From Podarcis liolepis (lineage: Eukaryota): 64,000 bases of DNA. Numbering within the stretch: the first letter of the stretch is position 1; each line of letters starts with the position of its first letter. Positions 51,215 through 63,470 of this stretch are shown here, in pieces. The stretch lies in assembly GCA_965112155.1 (NCBI GenBank), contig OZ218105.1, one strand, 5' to 3'. A program made the translations under genes and the position numbers. The notes below the pieces were generated by a model. That model was not told the origin of the DNA and ran no database searches. It saw only the letters and a program-made list of their open reading frames with translations.

Positions 51215-51673
51215 TATCACATTATTTTTTAAGTGTACAATTAGAATATCTTAGGCATGTACCCCAAAAAAGTAGATGACTGGCATCAGTGGACAGGCAG
51301 GTTGGGCACTAGTCAAGTCCTCTAACAGCTCAGAAGGGCCCCTCACTGGTTTGACTGAGCTGTGCCAACTTATCATGCCCCTTGTCAGGCCCCTTAGCAA
51401 CCATTTTAAGATTCGGAAGTTAGCGGTACACTTTTGAACAGGAGCTGGCTCCCATCCACAGTTTTCATACCCATTGTTTTAATTTACCCACATGCAATGC
51501 CCCAGCCCATAGACATTGAGTAGAGAAGTGCATCAGAAGAAGGAATTTGTATCAGTATTTGTTTCTTATTAGTTCGTATCAATGCTTTTCTGCTGTATTT
51601 TGTAGCATTTGTTGCTGTTTTAGTTTGCTGTATTGGAGATTTTTTAAAATATATATATATATTAAGTAGTATA

Positions 51674-52021
51674 AAGGTAAAGGGACCCCTGACCGTTAGG
51701 TCCAGTCGTGACCGGCTCTGGTTGTGGTGCTCATCTCACTTTATTGGCTGAGGGAGCCGGTGTATAGCTTCCGAGTCATGTGGCCAGAATGACTAAACCA
51801 CTTCTGGCGAACCAGAGCAGCGCACGGAAATGCCATTTACCTTCCCGCCAGAGCGGTACCTATTTATCTACCTGCACTTTGATGTCCTTTTGAACTGCTA
51901 GGTTGGCAGGAGCAGGGACTGAGCAACAGGAGCTCACCCCGTCACGGGGATTCGAACCGCCGACCTTCTGATCAGCAAGTCTTAGGCTCTGTGGTTTAAC
52001 CCACAGCGCCACCCGCATCCC
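51674..52021 (-). mobile_element. Sauria-type SINE, full length
   Basis: Family sequence; 13-bp TSD ATTAAGTAGTATA. Confidence 0.92.
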
Positions 52022-53126
52022 ATTAAGTAGTATAGAAATGTCCCAAATAATATAAATACATTTATTGATGCTTTAAGCATGTTTTGAGTAGCATCTGATT
52101 TTTTTTAAAAAAATTGTTGAATGACTGGTGATGCCTTTTGGATAACCCATGATGCTTCATGGCTGGGTGGGGATTAGAATTTGGGTATCCGCCATCCTAA
52201 CCACACACTGGAACACAGGAAGCTGTCTTCTATCGAATCAGACCATTGGTCCATCTCTTTGAGTGTTGTCAACCCTGATTGGCAACAGCTTTCCAGGATT
52301 TCAAGCAGGGATTCTTAATTCCCAGCTCTGCCCAGGATTGAATCTGGGACCTTCTGCAAACATGCAGAAGGTGAGCTCCACCACTGAGCAAGGGCCCTTC
52401 TCCTTCCTGCCTCTCTGAATGTGCTTTTTCTCATTTAGCATGCTGCTTTTCCAAGCAAGAGGGAGCTCCAGTCCCATACAGAAAAATCGGCAATGTGCTT
52501 TCCACAGCAAGATACCGCTGCCTGCTGCCCTGTGTTGCCAGTCTATTTCGTGTCACTGATGTACAGCCAGCTCCGCAAGGCTTCACAGCCAATCGCAATA
52601 TTGGAGGCAGAATTTCACCTACCGTATTTCACTTCCAAGTACACTGATTCATTGCCAGAGCCTCCAGTGCCAGCGCAGAGCATTAGCTGTGATTTTGTCA
52701 TAATACTCTGCCATGTAATTTGCTGGAAGAAACAATGACCCCATGCTGACACAGTCCTTTTTCACAGCTTGTGTATCCCAGCTTCGGAGGGAGCTTTCAG
52801 ATTAGCTGTAAATATTAGCTCAGGCCTGGAAACCTGTTGGTCTGAAATTCTTTCCCTCCCTCCTTCCCCCTCTCATTGCAATAGTACACATATCTGAGTT
52901 TGGCCGTGAAAACTTTCAGTCTTGTAGAGAATCCTATACATTCTCTGCAAATTTTGAGGGTTTTTAAAACAGACTGCCACTCTCCAGAATTCTCTTTAAC
53001 TAGTTCTTCAGATATTAAATGGACTACTTCAGCTACAGAATTGTTGAAGATACCTTTCTCTAATAAGGTCCTCCTGTTCAAATATGAAAAGAGTTGATCC
53101 CTTCACAATAATGAAACAGCCTGTCA

Positions 53127-54201
53127 CAGACCCTCCAAGGGTACCTATTTTCCAGGGACAGTCCTGGATTTACAGAAGCTGTCCTGGTTTCTTATTTGAT
53201 CCCAGAATGTCCCACTTTTCCTTAGGATATCCCTGATCTCATCAGAGAAATGTCTGAACATATGGTAAGGTAAAGGTAGAGGGACCCCTGACCATTAGGT
53301 CCAATCGTGACCGCCTCTGGGGTTGCGGCGCTCATCTCGCTTTATTGGCCGAGAGAGCCGGCGTTTGTCCGCAGACAGCTTCTGGGTCATGTGGCCAGCA
53401 TGACTAAGCCGCTTCTGGAAAACCAGAGCAGCTGGAGCGGTACCTATTTATCTACTTGCACTTTGTGCTTTTGAACTGCTAGGTTAGCAGGAGCTAAGAC
53501 CGAGCAACGGGGTTCGAACTGCTGACCTTCTGATCAGCAGGTCCTGGGCTCTGTGGTTTAACCCACAGTGCCACCTGCGTAGGACGTCCCTATTTCCATC
53601 AGAGAAATGTTGGCGTGCATGGAGTTAAGGGACACCCAAGCCAACTATACAACCTTTAGAAGAATTCTGAAGGCAGCCCTGTACAGTGGTGCCCCGCAAG
53701 ACGAATGCCTCGCAAGACGGAAAACTCGCTAGACGAAAGAGTTTTCCGTTTTGGAGGTGCTTCGCAAAACGAATTTCCTATGGGCTTGCTTCGCAAGATG
53801 ACAATGTCTTGCGAGTTCCTGCTGGTTTTTTCCCCTTCCCCCCTTTTTTCTAAGCCGCTTATCAGCTGATCCGATCAGCAGATAAGCCGCTCAAAGCTGC
53901 TAATAGCGCTAATCCGCTAATCCTTCAATGGGCTTGCTTCGCAAGACGAAAAAACCGCTAGACGAAGAGAATCACAGAACGGATTCTTTTCGTCTTGCGA
54001 GGCACCACTGTATAGGGAATTTTTTTAATGTTTAATGTTTTATTATGTTTTTATATATGTATCTGGAAGCCTCCCAGAGTGGCTGGGGCAACCTCTTCAG
54101 ATGGGTGGGTTATAAGTAAACATTATTATTATTATTATTATTACTATTATTGAATAGGACATCACATCCCTATTTTCATCGGAGAAATGTTGGAGGATAT
54201 A
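53127..54201. mobile_element. DNA-transposon-like repeat (family of 290-598) containing a Sauria SINE (about 53264-53580) and an L2 3' end (about 53643-54151)
   Basis: CAGACCCTCCAAG start, repeated CCCTATTTTCATCGGAGAAATGTTGG motif, homology to 290-598. Confidence 0.7.
53684..54010. mobile_element. Young Tc1/mariner-type MITE inserted in an L2 tail
   Basis: TA|CAGTGGTGCCCCGCAAGACGAA...TTCGTCTTGCGAGGCACCACTG|TA; splits GCAGCCCTGTA/TAGGGAA. Confidence 0.9.
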
Positions 54202-54345
54202 CTCTCATACACAGCTCAAAAGGATTTATGGGAACAAGGGTACTCAACTGATAGGATGAGAACGTGTATTTAAGCAGCCTTGAACCTTGATGAAAGGCTA
54301 AGTGTAAATATTTTAAATAACCAAATAAATATTATTCATTCATCT

Positions 54346-55066
54346 CAGTGATGGCGAACCTTTTAGAGATCAAGTGTCCAGACTGCAACCCAAAACCCAC
54401 TTATTTATCTCAAAGTGCCAACATGGCAATTGAACCTGTATATCTCTCCCCCCCCCCCATGTTTTTCACGTTTCTTCTTTATGACTGATGTTGTAATAAA
54501 TAATCCTTTGCATTACATTCTTCATTAAATTATTTTTCCATTGATATGTAATTTCATGGTATAACTAAGTGCTTTTTTTCTAAAATTGTTTAGGGGTACT
54601 CTCATTTTGACTCAAGAAAATCACCACGGGGGTGTGTGGAGCGCGTTCTGTGAGTGTGGCATGCTGCCCGTGGGGGCATGGCACCTGGTGCATGGGAGGG
54701 TGTGCAGCATATGCCGGGGGGGGGGCGTCGCGATGGCACCCTACCGGAATAGTGGTGCCAGGGACGGTCTGCTCCTTCCGCACCCCCATTCCTCCGCCAG
54801 TGACTACTTGGACCTTAACACTTCAAACCCGGAAATGAGTGTTCCAGTTTTGGAACTTTTTCCGGAACCTGAATGTGCTCTGTTCTGAGTATAACTTCCA
54901 CTTTGAGTGCCACACTTCAGTTTTCCTAGTGAGGGAAGGCGGGTCAGGTGGCAAGCGAGCCGCTGCCACAACAGCAACCACCCCCTCCTCCAGCTCTGGC
55001 AGCCCCGGCGCTGAGTGAGGGAAGGCTGAGCCAGGGCAGCAAGCGTGCAGGCAAGGGATGTTGCCG

Positions 55067-55112
<46 letters not shown>

Positions 55113-55756
55113 CAGCCTGCTCCCGCTTGTAGGCCACTTTTGATTGATGGGGTCTGTGTGGAGAGGGTACCAACGTTCAGATTTTGGGGCATTGAATTAC
55201 AAGAGGATTTGTCCTGGAGTGTCAACACAATGGGGCTTGTGAAGAAGGCGCAGCAGAGACTGTACTTTTTGAGAATACTAAGGAAAAACCATCTTCCGCA
55301 GAAACTGCTGCTTGCCTTCTATCACTGTGCCATTGAGAGCGTGCTCACTTATGGCTTATGTGTGTGGTACGGAAGCTGTACTACTCAAGACAGGATGGGG
55401 TTGTGCAGGGTTGTTAAGGCAGCAGAGAGCATTGTTGGCTGCCCACTCTCCACCTTAGAGCAGATTTATGCCACAAGGTGCCATAGAAAGGCACTGGACA
55501 TAGTAAAAGATCCATCGCATCCTGGTCACTGTCTCTTCGAGCTCTTGCCGTCGGGACGGAGATGCAGGACGATGAAGACAAGAACGAGCCGTCTTAAGAA
55601 CAGCTTCTTCTCCAGAGCGATCTCGGCCCTGAATGGGAAGCCCGGACTTTGAAAGTCATCTAATCTCCCTTGCTGTATTATACTGTATTGTTCAATTTGT
55701 GTTTTTATGGAGCAGTCAAGTAATTTCATTGTCCCCGAAGGGGGCAATGACAATAA

Positions 55757-55810
<54 letters not shown>

Positions 55811-56308
55811 AAATAGGAGTGGGATCAGGCTGCTCCGCTAGGCAGCATTGCTGCTTGCACGAGAACAGGAGCTGGATTGTGGCTGCTCAGCTGGGGAGCA
55901 CACTTTCCATAGAGGGGTTCCCGGCTGCACTCCCCTTGTGGGTGAAGTTTAAAGGAGCCCTCACCTCCACATCAGATCCCCTGCAACCCCGTGAAGGCAG
56001 CCAGGCTGAATAGTTGCTGGGGTTGGGGAAGGTGGAAGCAGCCCGGAAGCTGCATCTGAGAGCCCCTGCACCACCTGAAGGCAGCTGTGCTGCCTGCTCC
56101 TGCTCCTACTTGCATGCAAGCAGGAGTGGAGGCTTCCCGCTGAGAGATCCCCACCTCCACTCCTGCTTGCATGCAAGCCCTCCTCTCTTCCCTTCCCCAC
56201 CCACAGCACAGAAGCTAGGACCCTGCTGGGGCGTCAGCGTGCATGCCCAAAGAGAGGGCTTTATTTGCCCTGTCTGGCATGCATGCCATAGGTTCACCAC
56301 CACCACTG
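54346..56308. mobile_element. Composite non-autonomous hAT element, about 1.96 kb
   Basis: CAGTGATGGCGAACCT...AGGTTCACCACCACCACTG; TSD ATTCATCT/ATTTATCT. Confidence 0.75.
55125..55809 (+). mobile_element. Rex1/Babar LINE 3' fragment (C-terminal RT-associated domain)
   Basis: VKKAQQRLYFLRILRK...IESVLTYGLCVWYG...DPSHPGHCLFELLPSGRR...RLKNSFF; AATTTCATTGTC...GACAATAA terminal hairpin; (TTA)n tail. Confidence 0.88.
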
Positions 56309-57641
56309 ATTTATCTGACCATTTAATAAAGAATTTGATTGGAAATATTATTCAGTTCTTCTCTTGTTGGGTTCCTTACTTAATTAATCCATTAATCTGA
56401 GCTCCCATTTCACACCATTGTGGAATTTCCGTTAGAATAACATTGCCTTTTAAAAACGAAGGGAATCGGAATGTTATTGAGTTCATTAATTAAATGTTTA
56501 TAAAACGTTCATATAGTGAAATCTCCAGACGTAAGCCCAAATTGACTTCAGTGTGTGCAATCTTTCAACTCAATAATCAGCTTCAGTGTTAATCTCCACC
56601 TGCTTGACAAAGATTTCGCAAATCCTAAAGATTGTTCCTTTCTCACTCTGACTTAACAGTGCTTAGGCAGTAGTGGGGTACAATATCAGTTTCCCCACTA
56701 AAATGCAATGCAAATGGCATTCTGCATCCTTTACCTAAGCAAAGGGAAATTCAGAGCACACATGTGGATTGGGGAGGAGTGAACCAGGAGAGAATTGATA
56801 GTATATCTATTTATTATTTACAAATGTACAGATCCAATTATTATTGTGCTGGGTCCATAAGAGAACATGCAATGAAACAATGCTTGATTCACAGTGACTT
56901 CAGTTACAAAGCAACAAGACAAATTTCTTCAGACCTCTGCACTGCTCAAAGATGAAAGCCGCATGCCAAGCCAGTTTCACAGTTTTCTGAGCAGGTCCAT
57001 CCACCACAGAAATGAGGGAAGTTACTTTATGTGCTGGTTATTTTAGGACACCTGCACATATTTTTTACATGTATAATATTGCATATAATATGTAAGGATT
57101 GTTCATATTTATATATTTAAGGATTCTTGTTGAGTTCAAAAACAAGAGAGAAATTAAAACAAAAATCTCTGGAGATAAGCCTGGCACTGATATTTTCAGA
57201 AATACGTACTTCAATGCGATATACTATATCGTTTCCCCAATGACTGGCAGCTACTGTTAATAGCCACCCATTGTTAGACTTCCAATAATGCAACAGCTTG
57301 AATCGTAACAATAGACTTCAGGATTAATGTTGTCGCTAAAATCAGAATAGTGATTCGATGTGAAGGCAATTAACTGAGAACCCATGACACATAGTTATGG
57401 GTCTACTCTTCTGTAGGCCTAACTCTACTCAGTAATGGCAGAAATTCATATCTGGATTTCCAAATATATCTTCCCATGAGCTGAAGCAGACCATAAAATT
57501 ATTCATTTTTTCTTCTGCTTCCAACTCTACTTTCTCCTCTTTTCCTTGCATTGTTCCTTTTCTGTCTCATGTTTGTTTTGAGTTCCAAAAGATCTCATTA
57601 CTGTGCCATTGTACTCTTAATTGTTTCCCAGAATCATAGTG

Positions 57642-57864
57642 CAGTGGTACCTCAGGTTACATACGCTTCAGGTTACATACGCTTCAGGTTACATACTCCG
57701 CTATCCCAGAAATAGTGCTTCAGTTTGAGAACAGAAATTGTGCTCCGGCGGCGCAGCAGCAGCAGGAGGCCCCATTAGCTAAAGTGGTGCTTCAGGTTAA
57801 GAACAGTTTCAGGTTAAGTACGGACATCTGGAATGAATGAATTACTTAACCCGAGGTACCACTG
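57642..57864. mobile_element. Tc1/mariner-type MITE
   Basis: CAGTGGTACCTCAGGTTA...TAACCCGAGGTACCACTG|TA. Confidence 0.88.
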
Positions 57865-58607
57865 TATCAGAACAAGACATCATACTAACAGCACTGATGT
57901 GAATGGGACATTTGCATTTGTGTTTCGTGTTAATTCTAGTTTCTTCAATGAGGATGCATCATAAACAAAAAAGCCATAGCCTTTCTGCAACTGGCTTTGA
58001 AACACCTGACACTGATCTCCCTAATAAAGAACAGAGGGGAAGGCTGAAGAAGGCAAAATGCGTTGGCTGCTTTCATCCACCAATAATGGTTCTCCCTGCT
58101 ACAAACTTTAAGTGGCTTTAGAGTATCGAAAGATCATTACACCTACAGTTGTGACATGCTCCTCTTTAGCCCTTTCCAACAATCTAAGTTCCTAGGGTTG
58201 TGTGTAATGTAGCACTAAGGTGAATATTCCATTAGTGCAAGGATTCCTCCATGCACAACAGAACACCTCCTCTCTTCTCCCCTACAAGCCTACTAACTAT
58301 GTTCTGTCATGGATGGACCTGCTCACATATTTGTGGATAACACAGGACATGCGTGGAGGATGGTGAGTGGGGGAACTCCATTGCACTAGAGCTAATCCTT
58401 ATCCTAGCACAACTATTTAGTTGTATTTTACCCCAAGAATTTTAACAGCATAAAGTCAGTCTGGGAAAGATATCTCTTCTGGAAACCCTGTGATGGAAAA
58501 TTTTAAGGCATCAGTTATGCTATGTCAGGTTCCCCCATCCTGGTGCCCTCCAGTTCTTGTCAAATCCAACCCTCATCAGCCCCAACAAGTGTAGCCAATG
58601 ACAGGAA

Positions 58608-58975
58608 GGGATGCGGGTGGTGCTGTGGTCTAAGCTACTGAGCTTCTTGGGCTTGCTGATCAGTAGGTCAGCAGTTCAAATCCCCACAATGGGATGAGCT
58701 CCTGTTGGTTCTTGCCAACCTAGCAGTTCAAAAGCACACCAGTGCAAGTAGATAAATAGGTGGCAGAAAGGTAACAGCGTTTCCCTGCGCTCTGGTTTCC
58801 ACCATGGTGTTCCGTTGCACCAGAAGCAGTTTAGTCATTCTGGCCACATGACCCAGAAAGCTGTCTGTGGACAAATGATGGCTCCCTTGTCCTGGAAAGC
58901 AAGATGAGCTCTGCACCCCATAGTCACCTTTGACTGGACTTAACCATCTAGGGGTCCTTTACCTTTTACCTTACC
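58608..58975 (+). mobile_element. Sauria-type SINE, full length
   Basis: GGGATGCGGGTGG head; TTTACC tail; imperfect 16-bp TSD TAGCCAAT..CAGG.A. Confidence 0.9.
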
Positions 58976-59031
58976 TAGCCAATTCCAGGGATGATGGGAG
59001 TTGTAATCCCCCCCCAAAAAAATCTGGTAGG

Positions 59032-59178
59032 CAGTGCTTTTTTCTGGGGGAATGCAGGGGTACGCATACCCCTAAGCATTTTGTGAATCTAAGTTTGGCC
59101 TCAGTGAGGGGCAGTATTTCAATTTGAGTAGGAAAATGAGAGTACCCCTAAACAATTTTTTGAGGGGAAAAAGCACTG
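59032..59178. mobile_element. hAT-type MITE
   Basis: CAGTGCTTTTT...AAAAAGCACTG; perfect TSD CTGGTAGG. Confidence 0.9.
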
Positions 59179-59428
59179 CTGGTAGGCATCAGGTTGGGGA
59201 AGGCAGCTTTACATCCTCAGTGCCTTCTAAATAGCCTCAGTCCAGTATATCTGAAGGAGCGTCTCCACCTCCATTGTTCTATCCGGACACTGAGGTCCAG
59301 CACCGAGGGCCTTCTGGCGGTTCCCTCACTGAGAGAAGCCAAGTTACAGGGAACCAGGCAGAGGGCCTTCTCAGTAGTGGCACCCACCCTGTGGAACACC
59401 CTTCCACAGATGTCAAAGAGAAAAACAA

Positions 59429-61226
59429 TTGCGTGTTGAGTCCCACAAGCCACGCACCAAAAAATTCACACTTCACACGTGAATTTTGTTTAAGGTTTTT
59501 GGCATAATTTTGGCCACAACTTTATTTAAATACAAAAAATGTGAGTGGTTGCTTAGGCATTGGTTATGACTATCTGTCCTTGCCCTCAAGGACAGAGCCA
59601 GTGGCGTAGCGTGGGGGGTGCCAGGGGTGCCAGCCGCACCGGGCGCAACATTTTGGGGGGCGCGTTTGGCCGGCCCCCCTCAAGGAAGCGGGAACCTCTC
59701 CAAGGCACAGCGTGCCGTCGGTAGAGGAAAAAAGCCGAGCAGCAGCAGCAGCAAAGTCGGGAGGAGGAGGAGGTGGAGCGAGCCTGCTAATTCCTTGCAA
59801 AGTCGGGAGGAGGAGGAGGTGGAGCGAGCCTGCTAAGAATTCCTCGCAGCTGGCCATCCAACCTCCAGCGAAGGAGGGCCCCGCTCCACCTTCCGAGGGA
59901 GCCTGCTAGGACCCCCGGCTCCCTGCAGGTGGCTCACAACCCCTGCTAGCCCGGCCGGGGCTCGGGGAGGATGGGAGCCGCCTGCTGGGCTGGCACAGCT
60001 GCGTGTGAAGGCGCGGAGGGAGGCGCTCCCAGGGCTGCCGGCGGCCTTTCCCCGCACGCGAAGGAGCAAGGGCGGCGGCGAGGCTGCGCAACAGCCGCTG
60101 CGTGAGAACGAGCCCTTGCCCAGCCCGGGGGACGATCCGGAGGCCCTCTCCGAGCGCGTCGCGTGTAGCCAGCCTGCCAGCCTGCCTGCCAGGGTGGAGC
60201 AAAGCGGCGGAGTGGGGAGAGGTTGCCCTTCTTCGCACGCAACCCCCCCCCCGCGTCACGCCTTAAATCCACCCTCCCACAAACTAGGAGCGAGCAGCTG
60301 AGAGGGAACAGCTGAGAGCCACGAGCAGCTTTTTCTGAAAATGCCCTTTAAAAAAAAAAAATCCTAAAATTTATAAACCGCTTGACAGCTACAAAAGCGG
60401 TTTGCCAAGAGAATAAAACTGCCAGGAAGCAGTGGCGTAGCGTGGGGGGTGCAGGGGGGCCGGCCGCACCGGGTGCAACATCTGGGGGTTAGGGTTAGGG
60501 GGCGCAAATCCACGGGTTAGGGGGCGCAAATCCACAGGTTAGGGGGCGCAAATTACTTGCCTTGCCCCGGGTGCTGACAAGCCACGCTACGCCACTGGAC
60601 AGAGCTGGCCCTTCCGGACACCAACGGAAGCCAGCGTGGGAAACAAGTATTGGGTGAGAAATCTGAAACTGGGCAACAGTCCCTCACTTCTCACCCTCAT
60701 ATTCCGGTGGGGCTTGCACGGCCGCAGGTCCGACTCCGGGGACAAGGACAAATTGTATGGCAAGCCCCTGGATTCCTTTAACGGAATTCCCTTTCCGCAT
60801 CATTTGGAGGGGTAGGCACTTACCCCTCCAAGCACCAATTTAACCAATGCCTAACCGCCAACCTTACAAGTTGTGACGATTTGCTACGTAGTAGGCAAAA
60901 ACCAAATGGCACCAGCCAATCAGCCAGATGGCAAAATTCCTACTAGGCCCCCACACCAAGGCAGACGACCCCATGACAGGCAATAGCAAGGTCAAGCGAG
61001 CAAAACAAAAAACCACCCTATAAAAGGGCAGGAGGGCGGGTGATCCGATGCAAAACGGCCAAGAGAGCGTCCAACGTCTGGCCCCTATATTTAAGGACTC
61101 TGACCCCTCCCCCAAATTGACCACAATTCAAAACTCCCCAGCAACCCAATTTAACCACTTAAAGGCTTGGGTTCCTCACCAAATTTGCCTAGTCACTGCA
61201 GGGTGGCCTGTTCTTCCCAACCGCAA
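59429..61226 (-). mobile_element. TSD-less LTR-like structured element, copy 3 (791 bp after removing the nested hAT element and one TSD copy)
   Basis: TTGCG...CGCAA ends; AATAAAGTTGTGGCC on the - strand near 59511-59525; conserved blocks shared with the other two copies. Confidence 0.7.
59599..60597. mobile_element. Young composite hAT element with two left ends
   Basis: CAGTGGCGTAGCGTGG at 59599 and 60430, CCACGCTACGCCACTG at the right end; perfect TSD GACAGAGC. Confidence 0.9.
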
Positions 61227-62079
61227 CACGTGCTCTCTGTTATGGAGAACACGCTCTACCAGACTTTTAGACGACATCTGAAGGCAGCCCTGTTTAGGGA
61301 AGCTTTTAATGTTTGATGCATTACTTTATTTTAATATTGTGTTGGAAGCCGCCCAGAGTGGCTGTGGAAACCCAGCCAGATGGGCGGGGTATAAATAATA
61401 AATTATTATTATTATTATTATTATTCTGTGCCTCTTGGGCTTCCAGCACTTGCTACAGAGCATTGTAATCACCAGTCTTATAATTTAAGAGGCTGTTCTC
61501 CTGCACACCTGCCATGATAGGGAGCAGACAGTACAATTAACCACAAAAGCCTACATGTTTGATTTCCAGCTGCCTTTTCTTGAAGTCACACGGGCAATGC
61601 AGTGCCGTAGGATTGTGGCGTGTGGTGAGACTCTGCTAGTACTCGAATGGGTAAGAGTGAAGTTCACAAAATGCTAAATGAAAAGACAGTACTATCAGAA
61701 GGGGGTCTTTGTATCGAAACTTACTGCTTCCAAGTTTCCTGCATATTCAAGAGATGCTTAGTCTGTGCTTCAAAGCCTCCTGCGGTTTCTTTTAAGCTCC
61801 TCCCGCAAGCCTTGTGAAGCCACCGGGCTTCATCATTGAAAAACAGACAGCTGGTGAAACCATACTAAATGATAATCCGGGTGAAAGCTACCTATGAGAA
61901 ACTTTGCTGGATTTCCAGACTTTTCCCACAAGTGGATAAGGGAGGGCGAATGTCACCCTCATAAAGGTACATACACTTAGCCTGAAAAGGGACACAGACA
62001 AAGCTGCAGGCAGTAGGTGCCTCATCCATAGTTTTCCAGTGAAAACGTTCGATTTCAGTAGTACATTCGCCACCTCATG

Positions 62080-62282
62080 ATAATAATAAAAATAATTTTA
62101 TCATTTGCACTCCTTCCATCTGGCTGGGTTGCCCCAGCCACTCTGGGCAGCTTCCAACACATAAAAACATAATCAAACACCAAACATTAAAAGCATCTCA
62201 TTGCAGGAGTACCTTCAAATGCCTTCTAAAAGTTGTATAGCTGTATATCTCCTTGACATCTGATGTGAGGGCATTCCACAGC
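62080..62282 (-). mobile_element. L2-clade LINE 3' end
   Basis: Reverse complement of the L2 tail family. Confidence 0.8.
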
Positions 62283-62928
62283 TCACACTGAGTTTTGAAG
62301 GAAGATTTTTGGTAAGACTACTGACGCTTCTCAGTGGAGTTCAGTGCATGCATATGTGTGATACCACAAAAGGGGGAAGGACAAAAAAACATTAATGACA
62401 TTTTTTCAATACTGTGGGTGTGACATCTGCTTCATGCCAACACTGGCAGTTTTGATGGGATTTGAGGGAAGAAATCCTCCACTTAGCAGGCAAAGCTGGT
62501 AGGATCTGATGCTCAAAAGCGAATGGAAATTCACCAAAAGGGAAATTCGGAGGTAAGCTTGGAGGCACCCACACAATAAAAGAAAGCTAAACAAACATGA
62601 GGTCAGAATACTCCTTAGAACAGAATTTGAGGGGTGCATAGCAGTCTGCAGGGGAGAAAAGAAGAAGCCATTTCCATTAACACGAGCAGAAGTCAATCAC
62701 ACAACATTGGATTCTGCCTAATGTATTTTAAAAATATACATTTACAAGAATTTTCATGCCAATTTCTCCCCAACTAACGCTCCGGAGATGGAGGGGGTCG
62801 CAAGGACACACAGGGAGAGAACAGGGTGGGGAAGTTACACTGTGCAGCTAAAAGTCATTGTGCTAGCATAACTATTTAATTGGATACAACCCTTCTTATT
62901 TCCTGTTACAACGATAAACATTGACCAG

Positions 62929-62974
<46 letters not shown>

Positions 62975-62977
<3 letters not shown>

Positions 62978-63470
62978 TTATTGGCATTTTCATTTTGAAA
63001 AAACACCATGTGATTTTACATATCTTTACATTTCCTATATTCTGACTCTCTCAAGTAGCGACTTCCCCCTATCCCTACCAACTGACTTTCTAACTTCCAA
63101 TTATAATTTCATCCGCATTTCTCATTCCCCCTATCTACCTTTCCTTTTACTTTGAGATTCCTTATCATTGTAAACAAGTTTCTAATTTTAACTGACAAAC
63201 CTTTAAGCCAGTCCTGTTAGTGTTGTTAAGTGTTTACAATGTTCTTTCAAATAAATAATAAATTTACTACAGTCTTTTTCAAACTGTTGGTCTCACTGGT
63301 CTTGGATTTTCCCAGACAGTCTTACCAGCTCTATATATTCAATCTTGCTCTGCCATTCTTCTACTGTCAGAATTTCTTGCTGTTTCCACATCGGAACTAA
63401 AAGAATCCTTGCCACTGTTGTTGCGTATAAGCGTATAGTATGGTCTTTCTTAGGAATCTTTTCTCCTAAA
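62975..63470 (-). mobile_element. L1-clade LINE 3' fragment
   Basis: Minus strand reads YATTVARILLVPMWKQQEILTVEEWQSK, similar to the recalled squamate L1 ORF2 C-terminus; followed by a 3' UTR-like stretch and (TAA)n. Confidence 0.65.

Larger units (their letters stand above)
59225..61425 (+). mobile_element. L2-clade LINE 3' end split in two (59225-59428 and 61256-61425) by an insertion
   Basis: LSPVYLKERL...RTLRSS...RAFSVVAPTLWNTLP; GAGAAAAACAA|CTACCAGACTTTT rejoins to match the intact copy near 38040; (TTA)n tail. Confidence 0.85.
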
